Assembly: GCF_041146345.1 (NCBI RefSeq)
Contig: NW_027191405.1
Location: 1,054,001-1,118,000 of the forward strand
DNA from: Neodothiora populina
Lineage: Eukaryota
Direction of reading: 5' to 3'
Length of the DNA: 64,000 nt
Shown here: one piece after another, positions 25,669 to 37,093 of the stretch
How the letters are laid out: every line of letters begins with the position of its first letter
How positions within the stretch are numbered: the first letter of the stretch is position 1
Notes under the pieces: model-generated
Told to the model about the DNA's origin: nothing
The model's input: only the letters and a program-made list of their open reading frames with translations
The model's database searches: none
Made by a program: the position numbers and the translations under genes

Positions 25669-27205
25669 TATTGCGATATGATGATTGAAAAGTCAAGAAT
25701 ATCAGGTCTACCAGGAAAAGACCTTGGGTTGCTCTTCACATGGGATCACACCATGTAAATGCATTTATAGCATCCACACCCCTCATAGGACCCTTTACCT
25801 GTAAAGTGAATTGAAGCATCAAACCCCCTCATGAGAGCCCCGCACAGCTGACGATCGGGGACATGGCTATAGCTGCACTATCCCACGGTGTTTCATGCTG
25901 ACTCGTCACATACATGAAGTACCTTCGTGAGGGGCAGAGAACGAACGACGACAGAGTTCTGTGCCTCATTTGTCTCCTAGGGATCCCCGGTTTAACAGCA
26001 ACGAAAAGTCTTGTTCCACACTGGCAACAATGCCAGTATGGTATGGATGCTGATGCTTCAGTACCGAAAAAATTTGCGTGCCTCCCGTCAGGGACGAAGA
26101 GTTGTCCATTCATGACGAGCAGTATCACCTCTCGAACTCCCACAGCTGACATCGCACCTAGAGCAGAGACTCCAAGGTATTGGTCTTGCATTGTCTCCCC
26201 AAAGCCCCACGTAACTACACATTGCTGATCAAAGTATGCGAGCGCTTACGCGGTGGATGAGGAGAACCTTGCAACGTCGCCAATCTACAGCCCCGCTTCA
26301 TCTAAAAGCTCAAGCTGAAAGTGAGATGTATAGATTGTCGAGGAGCCTGAATGCGGAAAACGTTACCGAATGCGAATTGCTAGCCTTCGATCTTCATTGC
26401 CTGCTGTTGGGGAAGTAGCTCCTTAGGTGAACAGTACCAATCGGTAGCAAGTAGATTGACATGCAAGCGTAAAGAACCCTTCATGCGTGGGTTCTCCATC
26501 GAAGGCGCATCAAGCGAGGGATCTTGCAGTGCATGCTCACCTACTGTGATCCAGGGTCGACCTCGTGTAGAGTACAGAAGTCGACCTTGGCCGTTGTGTT
26601 AGTGGGTGTTTCCTGGGCAGAGACACCTATTCATGTACCTTACAGCGTCCGCAGCACTGCATTAGTGGATGTGGGGTAAGGATAATAGCGTGGGAAAGGG
26701 CGGGGAGAGCTTGGTAGTGCATCACGGCCGTAGAAACCCACTCCGAGCTAGACTTCACCTGATCCTGGGAAAAGCGGAAATGGAAATACATTGTGGTGAC
26801 AGGGCTAAAGGGCTAAATACACTTCTAGCAAAAGCAAGGCAATGCAGGGCAGGAAGGTGTAAGGCTGTCCGAGCTTGCGGACCGGGAATGATATATCTTC
26901 GGAGCTTGGGCGTGACACGATGGCTTTTCTCGCTCCCAGTGAGATGAAGAAGTCAGCGTGCCTGGTGAAAGGAACACAGTTTGTGTTGGTCTAGGCACCG
27001 GAAAGATTCGATCATCAAGTACCGTATTGGGAGTGAACACAGTTCGTTTCTGAAGCCTAAGGCTATAAAAATAATGGGTGGTGAGTACAAGCGGGGATCC
27101 TAAATCCGGGGTATCTAACTGCACGCTGAGAGAAAGTAAGGTAAACATACGAAAAACGTGGGCAGCAAACCATGAAAGGATTTACCACGTCATTGTCGAA
27201 GAAGG

Positions 27206-28816
27206 CTAAGAATGGGAGGCTCTGGCAGTGCTCGGCATCTGGTCCATGTCCGCCCACTCCCTTGACAGCTCTTCTCGCACACCTGCGCACCAGACGCGGA
27301 TGGCGTTCTCGAACCGGATCCACGCCTCTTCGGAGTCTCCGTGCACGACCTCGAGTGCATCAAAGTCTAATTTGATCTCCCAGCGAAGTTCAGAGGCTTT
27401 TGCCCAGTAACGCAGGTTCTCCGCACAGCGGTAGGGTTTTGCGAGATCGACATAGAAAGTTGTAATAGCACCAAATGGCCGTTTGGATCTGCGAACCATT
27501 TCGTTGTGGAGAGTGACCAGTCGCAGTCCTTTAGACAGAGCTATCAGAAATTCAGAAGGGTAGGATGTCGTGTCTTCCCATGGTGGTAGCGGAGACGGGT
27601 TCGGATCAAAGGAATTGAGGAAGAGCCATTCTCTTTCCCGCTCTCTACCAGTCCAGTCTCCATCACGCCATGGTGATTTTTGAATGCGCTCCAATTCTAC
27701 GGCTTCCTGCTCTTCCTCCATAGACAACAACTCATGGATGCCTTGCACCCAAGCAGTGATACCATCGTGCTCTTCTGCTCTCATACCACCACGGAATCCG
27801 CGAGAAGCCATACGTTTGAGGATGTCGAGGACCTGGTACAGATCTGATCGAATCTGCCGCTCCGGGCGTATAGCGTACAAGTCCTGCGGGTGGGTATGTG
27901 TAATGTAATACGTCCGGGCCTGACGTATGGCTAAGGTAACGTTATCAAGAACGTGCAAGCCTTGAAGCTCGTGACGGCTATGTGTTACAGATTGACCGTC
28001 ACCTTCTACACTTGTTTCGGCGACATGAATTTCTGGCAATTTGGCGTCGTTGTCTCGTCTGGCATTTTCCAAAGCCTTCTGGGCTCTATCCAGTGCTTCC
28101 CGCAGCTGACGTCGAAGCAGGGCCACGTCTGGCAGTGGCTCGGTGACAGGCTCCTTGTAACGATAAGTTGAGACTGCAGGTGGCGCCATGATCTCCGATG
28201 CATTTTCCGAATCTTGCTCAGCGCCGGTCTCCTCTCCCTCTTTTGTAGCAGCAGATGACTTCGCTTTACGTTCCTTGGCCATCTGTGCACCTTTGCCGTC
28301 CAAGAGTCCAGTGCGAGCAAAGTAGTACTGCAATGCAGCTATGCTACCAAGGCACATGACGCTATCTCGGGCTCGAGCGGATTCGGCAAATTCAGTACCT
28401 TGTGGACGCATGAAACCATTGCGTCGGCGAGCATGGTTGTGGCCACCGTTGCAGCTACAGTCGGACGGATGTGACGAGTCGGAGAATGATCTACTAGACC
28501 GATCTGAAGAGACAGATGGAGACGTGGAAGAGATATCCAGCGGTGTGCAAGTGCACGAGATTTGTGAAGGCGATATGCTGGGCGACGACGATATTGGGCG
28601 GAGCTCCGGCGTCTTCGCATCAGTTGCCATCTTGGACGTGGTGTCACTGTCGCTGTAATGCTTTGATGTCTTTGATGTCTGACTCTGATGTGGTCCGGTC
28701 TCTGACCATATAGACACTCGGGGCGACACGAAAGGGCTCTGTTCGACTGTCCTTGGATGAGGTATCTTTGTTGAGTGTATTGCAAATGCTGAAGAATATT
28801 GGCGGTATTGCCCCAT
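27206..28816 (-). CDS. Fungal hypothetical protein: Ser-rich N-terminus, helical core, possible CH-like C-terminal domain
   Basis: Uninterrupted 536-aa ORF with protein-like composition. The true start may be MATDAK at about 28630. Confidence 0.7.
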   Translation of the reverse strand: MGQYRQYSSAFAIHSTKIPHPRTVEQSPFVSPRVSIWSETGPHQSQTSKTSKHYSDSDTTSKMATDAKTPELRPISSSPSISPSQISCTCTPLDISSTSPSVSSDRSSRSFSDSSHPSDCSCNGGHNHARRRNGFMRPQGTEFAESARARDSVMCLGSIAALQYYFARTGLLDGKGAQMAKERKAKSSAATKEGEETGAEQDSENASEIMAPPAVSTYRYKEPVTEPLPDVALLRRQLREALDRAQKALENARRDNDAKLPEIHVAETSVEGDGQSVTHSRHELQGLHVLDNVTLAIRQARTYYITHTHPQDLYAIRPERQIRSDLYQVLDILKRMASRGFRGGMRAEEHDGITAWVQGIHELLSMEEEQEAVELERIQKSPWRDGDWTGREREREWLFLNSFDPNPSPLPPWEDTTSYPSEFLIALSKGLRLVTLHNEMVRRSKRPFGAITTFYVDLAKPYRCAENLRYWAKASELRWEIKLDFDALEVVHGDSEEAWIRFENAIRVWCAGVREELSREWADMDQMPSTARASHS

Positions 28817-29634
28817 AATAATAATATGAGCTCAAGACACACGGACTGCCAGCAGCCGTAAGGCTGATAGGTTGGCTAAGAAATGACCACCTATGGTACG
28901 AAGTGTACACTCTACTCTATATCAGACTGCTAAGGGGCCGCCCTCAATTTCGTACCACTGGCGCCGCAAATCATACGCGTGACGCGCCGATGGCCGTATA
29001 TCGCTTGCCGCGTCTTTGGCCAGTCGAGTCTTCGATTCATGATTCATACTACCTTAAAGGGCTAAAGTTGTCGGTTAGTCGGTCAGACGTATAGAGAGAC
29101 ATGGCTAAGGCACAATATCGCAAACCGATAGAGTTGTGCAAATTATGGCAATCTCAGGCGGACCGGCGATCATATATATTTCAATTAGGGACAGTTTCGA
29201 TCAATAATGATTCATGGATTGTTTTGCCAAGCAAACAAAACAATACTCGTAACCGCTCCGGAGTTCCAGAAGCGGACCTCAAAGCTACTTCCAGGACACC
29301 AAGGGGAAGGGAGCTCGAGGCGAACTCGAGGCGAGGTAAGGCAACAAGGGTAAAGCATCGGTAAGGTAAGGTAAGCTGAGGTAGATAAAATAAGGTGCTG
29401 TAGACCTGTGCTTTCGCTGGCTGCAACAATGACGTTGAAGCTCCCTCACACTTCAAACAAGTAAACCTCTACATCATTAGGTGCAGTTATAGCTGAAGAC
29501 CTTATCGCAATCTACCTTGAATTCCTCGAAAGAACGTCTAGCAGTGCCATTACTATTCGACCAAGTGAATTTAGAAATCGTACACTGTCCGCCCTCTGAA
29601 GATCACGGGAGTAAACCGTACTTCAGTCCTCAAC

Positions 29635-30217
29635 ATGTCAAGTCGAGTAAGCACAGTCCCCTGCTCGCTTTGCTTTGATATGGATCATCGCTAACAGACA
29701 ATGGTTACAGATCAGCTTTAAAGTCGAAGGTGCGACATCATAAAAGCCACGTTTTGTGAAATCTATCTAATCAATATGACTGACGAAATCAGGCCTAGTG
29801 CAGGTGGGTGACCTCAATATCCATGGATGTTTATTTATGCATCACGCTGACCAAGATGCATCAGGGCGTTAATTTCAGGTAATTGGCTTACGATGGCTAC
29901 GCAAACTCTTGATTACTTCACTGACATATTCTCCGAAGAAGTTTCACTGTAAAGCAAGCAAGATCTTTGGGACTGACTGGACATGTTGAGAACGCCCCAG
30001 ATAGCACTGTAAGAAAGTTGATTCGACGTCCACATAAGGAATACGAGGCTTCGGTGCTGACAATGCGGCCAAGGTCATTGGCGAAGCGCAAGGAAACAAC
30101 GACGCTCTTCAAGAGCTCGTCAGCCATCTCAATAGGGGACCTCCAGCCGCCAGCGTGAAGAAAGTTGACGTGAAGAACATTGATTCGAAAGATGGCGAGA
30201 CGAATTTTACTCAGTAG
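29635..30217 (+). CDS. Acylphosphatase, 6 exons (12, 19, 11, 14, 70 and 144 nt), 89 aa
   Basis: Manual splicing gives MSSRISFKVEGLVQGVNFRSFTVKQARSLGLTGHVENAPDSTVIGEAQG...LNRGPPAASVKKV, containing the GxVQGVxFR and GxVxN signatures. All introns are GT-AG. Confidence 0.9.
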
Positions 30218-30818
30218 TAGGTATCGCAGAACTGTGGGACTAGAGCTGCCTCTGAGGGCTTCTAACCTGGTCGCCACCCAAGCGTTTTTGTCAAAACACA
30301 ATAGAAGAACCGTCATCCATATTATGCTGTCGCTACATTTGACCAAGATCATGCACTCTTCGTGCTCTTCATTTGATCATAAAAGCGCGCCGGATAAAAT
30401 CGCGATTGATGGCACGCAAAAAAGATGCAAACTACAGTGCGACGATAATTTCCCGCTTCATGGCAAGGTCATGGATAGAGTAATCGAAATTCAACACCTC
30501 CGGAGGAAGCAATAAGGTATGTTCCCGGCTTGCATGGTGCAAGTGTTTAGGTCCTAACAGCAGGGAATAATGGAAATAACACAGGAAGGATCTAGAGTTA
30601 GTCATGTGGTCAGCAGTCCGAGGGAGCTGAGGAGTACAGTACAATGGAGGATGCCAAGGTCAGTCATCCCAAATCTCATTCCCAATTCCGAATTTGTAGA
30701 TGCAGCAAGCTTGGCTACGTTATACAGTCAAACAACAACACAGGTTCAACGACAAAAAGGACAGAAGAAAAATGGAGCAGATGAGTCGAACTCTTCTATC
30801 ATATCTCCTCTTCCGAGA

Positions 30819-30873
30819 AATCTCCCAGCAATCTCCCAGCAATCTCCCAGCAATCTCCCAGCAATCTCCCAGC
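30819..30873. repeat. Tandem repeat (AATCTCCCAGC)5
   Basis: Five perfect 11-bp units upstream of the alternative oxidase gene. Confidence 0.95.
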
Positions 30874-31310
30874 AATGTCCGAAGATATTGCTTCACTGTG
30901 AAAGTGAACGGCACCCCTGAGCTCAATCATCCCGAATCCTTCCCTAAACAAATTCGTGGATTTGACTCACCGACTGGGGGCGTGACTGAACGCTCCATAC
31001 AAGCTCGTCTTTCCTCCCTTTGCTTACCTAGTTTGCATCACGATGATACGACGTTGGCGAGAAGACACAGTTCTCTTTCTGGGGCTCCCTCAGGAGTGCA
31101 ACACGGGCTGACCCGAGAAAGCTCCTTAGTGTAGCCATGATAAATCTGATCCACTGCTATTTAATGGTAGAGCTGTGTATGTCGTTTTGGTGATTTCTTT
31201 CCTGTCTATAGCATTAATCATATATCATATTCCTCGGAATACGAAGTCAAAGAACAATACGCCTGCACATTGACAGAGGCAATTGAAAAAGAAGCACTTC
31301 ATACACATCA

Positions 31311-32556
31311 ATGTACGCCAGGAAAGCTGTCGCATGTACCAAACCTTTATACCGTAAGGCGGTATTACTTAGCAGCCATGCTTCCCTGAGGACAGCAAGT
31401 TGGACAGTGTGCTCCAGGTCATTCCACACTACCAACGTGTGCAGCCTCAAGGGAGTCTTCCCAGTCCTGTCAGAACAGCCACACATCAGAAAGACTGATC
31501 CTGCATGGCCACACCCAATGTAAGCAAGAATGGGGGCGAACTGTGACGTACGTCAGACTGATGGCCCTCACCAGCTATACGAAGGAGCAAATGGAAGCAG
31601 TCATCGTCGCACATCGAGATGCAAAGACTTGGTCTGACTGGACGGCCCTTGCAACCATCAGGACGCTGAGATGGGGAATGGATCTGGCCACGGGATACAA
31701 GCATGATAATGCGGTGGCGCTTGGCAACAAAGATCCAGCCAAAGCCAATCGACGATATGCCATGACGGAGAGGAAATACATGATCAGAAATATCTTCCTG
31801 GAGTCGGTGGCTGGAGTCCCTGGCATGGTGGCGGGCATGCTTCGCCACTTGCGATCACTAAGGAGGATGGAGAGAGACAATGGCTGGATCGAGACGCTCC
31901 TGGAGGAGTCGTACAACGAACGAATGCATCTCCTCACCTTCCTGCAGATGGCGCAACCTGGGTGGTTCATGAAGATCATGGTTCTTGGGCGAGTAGCAAC
32001 GACCAAAATCCAAATGGCGAATCACGCTGACAATATCCGGACAGCGCCCAAGGAGTGTTTTTCAATGCCATGTTCGTAGCCTACCTACTGTCCCCAAAAA
32101 CATGTCATCGTTTTGTAGGCTATCTCGAAGAGGAGGCAGTTTTGACTTACACGAGAGAGATTGCCGATCTTGATGCAGGCAGACTGCCTCAATGGGAAAA
32201 GCTGCCAGCGCCGGAGATTGCAGTCAATTATTGGAAAATGCCAGAAGGGCACAGGACGATGCGAGATCTGTTGCTTTACATGTAAGTCATGTTCGACATG
32301 TTCCTTATCGACATGTGCTGATCGTCCATTGCAGCCGGGCGGACGAAAGCAAACACCGCGAGGTGAATCACACTCTAGGAAATCTGCAGCAGGACGATCC
32401 GAATCCTTACGTTTCAACGTATGTATAGCTCGAGCGTTTGCGCCATACGACAAGCGACCGCTGACCAAACATAGATACAAAGATGCCAGTGGACCACACC
32501 CAACCAAGGGTCTGGAACATCCACAGCCGACTGGATGGACTCGCGATGTTTTGTGA
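31311..32556 (+). CDS. aod1: Mitochondrial alternative oxidase (multi-exon, one GC-AG intron)
   Basis: Basic presequence, [45 protein letters not shown] and [12 protein letters not shown] di-iron motifs. Confidence 0.95.
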
Positions 32557-33343
32557 TAGCATACATTTAGCAAGTCTAGGACACCTTCTCCTCTTTGGCG
32601 TTGCAGATTGAGGTCCGCGAGTTTTTCGAGACGATGGGGAACATGTACAGTAACAGTACCTTATCATTCTTTGAAAGCATGTGTGAAACATATTTCAAAC
32701 TCCAGAATCGCGGGCGAATGGCAGTCCATATGTCTACGACGGATGCAACGTGCGGACTTGACGTACAATTTCGGTAGTTCCCAAATAAGAGCAGTCCCCA
32801 TATTATAAGCCATCAAGGTCAATGCAAGAGTCGTCATGATCTCGCGCGTGCAAGTAATAAGATTGACGATAATAAACATGAGGCGGCGACAAGAGTTGAA
32901 AATACGACGCGAGGAGCCAAGGAGAGGCTCCTGCTCCACATATGCTCCAGAGCCGCCCCTGCTAAGACACAGAGCGTACCCTGATGTAGCTCAACAATGA
33001 ACATCCGTCTTCGAAGTTGCCTCTGCACTTATCGTGATGAAGACCAGACATGCGTAGAGTTGGGCGGACTTGAAGCTGTCAAGGTAGAATATACCCTCAT
33101 CTGTGAACAGGTGACAAACAACGCAAAAGGCATCAGCGAAGGAGAAATAAACAAATACATCGCCGGCTACACTAAGAATGCGGATGCGGCATCTTGTCTG
33201 CACAATACCCGTTTTCGCAAGACTTACACGACTCACTAGCACACGCTCAATCATACTCTGCGCACTTTCAATTGCTTAGGAATTGAGAGCTGTGCTGTAC
33301 ATCAAAAGCACTTGGCCATGGTTACAGCTTTCGTGGTGACACA

Positions 33344-35914
33344 ATGAGCGACCAGTCATCAATCATCAGTATAAGCGAGAGAATGGCTGCCTCGGATACT
33401 GACGATGGACAAGAAATATACGAACACATCGACACGCGAAAGTACTTGTTTCTTCAAAATGATGGGCTCCAGCCTATGGATCTTATTTCTGATCAACAAC
33501 AAACAAACCATGCATTCGGATTTCCAACACGCGAAGCTACTCCGCTCGCGAACGTGAATCGTCGTCTGTCCGACGACACATACAACCACTCGAGTGATAG
33601 CAGCAACACCAGTGGTAACAGTGCCGATGGTGATGACGAAGGAGAGATTGCTGCGGCTGCTGCTGCTGCAATTGCAAATAGCGACTACGATGTATATAGC
33701 AGAGGGGACAATTATGGTTACGGCTGCGCCCCTGTGTCACGACCTGCATCCATATTCTCTCTCTCACGAGTTTCCTTCACCAGCCAGCTCGCAGAACTCA
33801 CATCCATCAAGCTGCCCAGCGCTGTCTCGCTTTCCAACAAGATAGCATCCATGGCCACGTCCACTGCTGCAGCCAGGGCTTTGTCTGAGTCGGCAGAATC
33901 TATTCAGCTGTGGATCCGCAATGCACTCAAGGTGTTGCAGGGTCTCCAAGCCGATGACGATGTCGAGTGGGCAGCAGCTGCAGGTAGAGAGGGCCTGGAC
34001 GATGTTGACAAGGCCATCAATCGTTTCGAAAGAGTCATCAAAGTCTACATATTCTCCGTCGATGAGCTACAATCACGAGACGACATTTCCGTTCTGCCGA
34101 AGTCAGATCTCACCCGAAACGTGGCAGAGATGGAGGCCGTCTTGATAGAGTGGCAGAGGATCAAAGACGGCCTCGACAAGATCAAAGAGCAGGTTGAAAT
34201 AGCGATGGAGTGGGAAGAACTCTGGAATCATGTTTTAGGCGCGGGCATTGGCCAAGAAATGGACGAATTGGCCCGCTTGGTGTTCGAAATGGAGGAGAAA
34301 CGACATCGCTCTGCTGCCTTCGACCCTGCCGATGAGACGACGTCTGCCATCGATCTCGACGACCTCAACACAATAGCAGAGGAGTCTCCGGGCGCCATGA
34401 GGATGGCGTCAAATCTGCAGCGCGGACACTCATCGACAGCCGCCATGTCTCCCTCACCAACACTGGGAAATATGGAGGATGGTCTTCTTGCACTCTTTGC
34501 CCGCATGCAGCCACTGCGCGCCTCGCTTGATTTCCTCCCCATGCGCCTTTCCGTCTTTCATCAAAGAGGAAATCCGATATTCCCCTCTGCCTGTGCGATA
34601 CTGGAGTCGAGAAGAGACATGCTCGAGGTACAATGGAAAAGGCTCGAATCAGACGCGGAAGCGCTGCGACGCGAGCTAGGCGAAGATCGCTGGCTGCTTG
34701 TCTTCCGTAATGCCGGCCGACAAGCTCTCAAGATGTGCGAGTCCGTCTCGCGTACCATGGATAAGCTCAGACTCGCAGTGCTCAACAGGGAACAGCACAT
34801 TGACGCCCCGGGCTTGGCTAGAAAAATTGAAAGCTACGAGGCTAAGAAGACACACTATGCGCCAGCGATAGAACGTGTTCTGGCCATTGTTGACAGAGGT
34901 GTCAAGGATCGCCTCACCGTCAACGGAGAAATTCTAGGTCTGCAGTCAGACATGAAACGCAGGTGGTTGTCCCTACAGAGTGAAATGCGAGAGCTCGACA
35001 CCACCCTCACCGAAATGAACGTGAGCACGAGGAACCAACAACTGCGAGATTCTATTAGTACTATCTTGTCTTCTGAGCAGTCCTTGGTGAGCAGTTATGT
35101 TGAAACACCACGAAGCTCGTCGGCTTCGTCCGTGAGTGCACAGAGCAGCATGTACAATCACAACACGCCGAAAGTCCACAACAACAGCAACAGGCTCTTC
35201 AAGAGCTCGATACCTCGCAGGCTGTCGATATCACAGACCCGAAAGTCTAGCCATAGCCGGTCTCCTCTCACCCAGCCACTGAGACCATTTTCGCCGACCT
35301 TGACCCCTGTGCCGTTTTTGAGGCAGTTCAAGCCGCCTACTGACAAGCCTAGATGGAATGGATCTACGAGTACCAGGGGCTCGGGGATTGGTCTCAACTT
35401 CACTCCGCTATCTGCCACTGAACCGTCTCCATACAGTCAAAATGCTACACCTCGCAGAACCGTCACACCTAGCTCAGCGCCCTCGAAAATCCCTGCGCCC
35501 AGTCCAAACAGTCCTCGCGGTCGACCTGCAATGGCACGAGCAAAATCACCGACGACTCCCTCATCTGCGCGTTTCGCTCCTGTGGCGGCACTATCGAGTC
35601 CTTTACGATTACAGTCTCGAGCCTCGATGGACAACATCCGCCGAGCCAGCAATGGCAGGGCTACACCATCGTCCAGTTCATTGAACCCCCGTTCCATCAC
35701 CGCACCTGTGCCCGCGCAACGGAGGGGCAGTCACCTGACCCAGAAACACGAAATTGAGCAGGAGAACAAGACACCTGCGAGAAAAGTCGCGAGAGCACCC
35801 AGTGCGTTGGCGGTACCTACTGGTAGAAAAAGTAACATGGCTACAGACAGAGGTGGCGCACGCAGCAGAGCTAGCGGTTCCACTGAGGATTTGAATAAAC
35901 CGCGGTGGAGATGA
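33344..35914 (+). CDS. KAR9-domain (karyogamy/spindle positioning) protein
   Basis: 856-aa ORF with a coiled-coil core (AMEWEELWN, RMQPLRASLDFLPMRL) and a basic Ser/Pro-rich tail containing SxIP-like motifs (SSIP, SKIP) and KPRW repeats. Confidence 0.75.
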   Translation: MSDQSSIISISERMAASDTDDGQEIYEHIDTRKYLFLQNDGLQPMDLISDQQQTNHAFGFPTREATPLANVNRRLSDDTYNHSSDSSNTSGNSADGDDEGEIAAAAAAAIANSDYDVYSRGDNYGYGCAPVSRPASIFSLSRVSFTSQLAELTSIKLPSAVSLSNKIASMATSTAAARALSESAESIQLWIRNALKVLQGLQADDDVEWAAAAGREGLDDVDKAINRFERVIKVYIFSVDELQSRDDISVLPKSDLTRNVAEMEAVLIEWQRIKDGLDKIKEQVEIAMEWEELWNHVLGAGIGQEMDELARLVFEMEEKRHRSAAFDPADETTSAIDLDDLNTIAEESPGAMRMASNLQRGHSSTAAMSPSPTLGNMEDGLLALFARMQPLRASLDFLPMRLSVFHQRGNPIFPSACAILESRRDMLEVQWKRLESDAEALRRELGEDRWLLVFRNAGRQALKMCESVSRTMDKLRLAVLNREQHIDAPGLARKIESYEAKKTHYAPAIERVLAIVDRGVKDRLTVNGEILGLQSDMKRRWLSLQSEMRELDTTLTEMNVSTRNQQLRDSISTILSSEQSLVSSYVETPRSSSASSVSAQSSMYNHNTPKVHNNSNRLFKSSIPRRLSISQTRKSSHSRSPLTQPLRPFSPTLTPVPFLRQFKPPTDKPRWNGSTSTRGSGIGLNFTPLSATEPSPYSQNATPRRTVTPSSAPSKIPAPSPNSPRGRPAMARAKSPTTPSSARFAPVAALSSPLRLQSRASMDNIRRASNGRATPSSSSLNPRSITAPVPAQRRGSHLTQKHEIEQENKTPARKVARAPSALAVPTGRKSNMATDRGGARSRASGSTEDLNKPRWR

Positions 35915-36462
35915 CATGGGACTACCCTGCTGAGCAAAACACGAGACCAAAACCCCTTCTAGTCTTGTCGTTGATTTCATTCTTTAGCAAGCAAAACACA
36001 AACAGGCTTGCACGAGTTTTTTGAAGGCGAAATGGCCTAAACTTTTATGAAATTGGTTTTGCGGACGAGGTGGACGGATGGGTTGGGTTCATCTGAGAAT
36101 TGTTATTGTTTCTGGTTGTTTTTTGCATGGCGTATGGTTGATAGCCCGAGGCGTGCGGAGTAGGAAAGGAAGGGAGGGAGAAAGGAACATTTTCCGTTCT
36201 TGCACTTTTCAAGCCAAGGCTGGTGTGGGTCAACCCTGCGCAGGTAAGTCATCTTGATCCTTTCTTTGCAAGTATATCTGCTGTGCGGTGGGTCTTCGTT
36301 CTGGGTCGGTGTCTTTTCCTCTCTCGGGGGTCTTCTTCTCTCTCAGACTAGGGATCGGAGTCTTTAGGGAGTGCCTGTGTTCGGGCTATTGTTATACATG
36401 CGTTTGCGTGTGGGTGAAGGTGTGGGTGTTCAGGTGCGTGTGTCTATTGGTTCTTTGTTACC

Positions 36463-36483
36463 GCAGCAGCAGCAGCAGCAGCA
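36463..36483. repeat. (GCA)7 trinucleotide repeat
   Basis: Read directly in the intergenic region. Confidence 0.85.
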
Positions 36484-37093
36484 GATATTGGGCATACCCC
36501 CATAAGCATTGTTAGAACTTTTTTCCTATCCTATTCCTTTTTCTTCCCTTTTGTAGCTAGATACCTCAGTTACACATACAAGAAAAGCTAGGCAGACACT
36601 GGTTGTCTGATGATATAAACATCTCTTCTATGTTTTCTGTTTTGAGTCTTGACTCTTGGTCGTCCCCTTTCTTTCTTCTCTTCTCTTTCGTTACCAGGAA
36701 AAGAGGAAATTTCTCCTGGCCCTTGCATGAGGCATGACACGTCGAATGCATGTCTTCTGTAAGAGCACCGAGCAAACGTATTTGTTTAGACAATGCTGTA
36801 ATATGAATATCTCTATGTACGTATATGTATACAACCGATTTTTCACTCTCCAATACTTTGACTTGACAGAAGAACAGAAAGAGAAAGAGGACTCGATAGA
36901 CAACCTGGAAATAACCCCGCGTGCGATTGACTGACTGACTGAACTCTCCGAACGCCTTGTTGTATGCAGAGGTTGGAAGATGGTTTGGCTTTTCCCGCTT
37001 TTTCCGGGAATGTTTCTTGAATGCAACGGGTCCAGGATCAAGCGAGGATGAAGATGATGGCGATGAAGGATAGAAGAAAAAAGAAACCCCTTC

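Noticed and set aside
30570..31134. ORFs with repeated ISQQSPSNLPA
   Set aside because: Produced by the 11-bp tandem repeat; no other coding evidence.
30218..31310. AOD2/AOD5-type CGG-N7-CGG induction motif in the alternative oxidase promoter
   Set aside because: No exact match found by eye, only near-misses.
36241..36560. Strong CAG/GTAAGT donor in the region between the KAR9-like gene and RPA2
   Set aside because: No convincing branch point or coding exon, so a 3'UTR intron or ncRNA cannot be supported.
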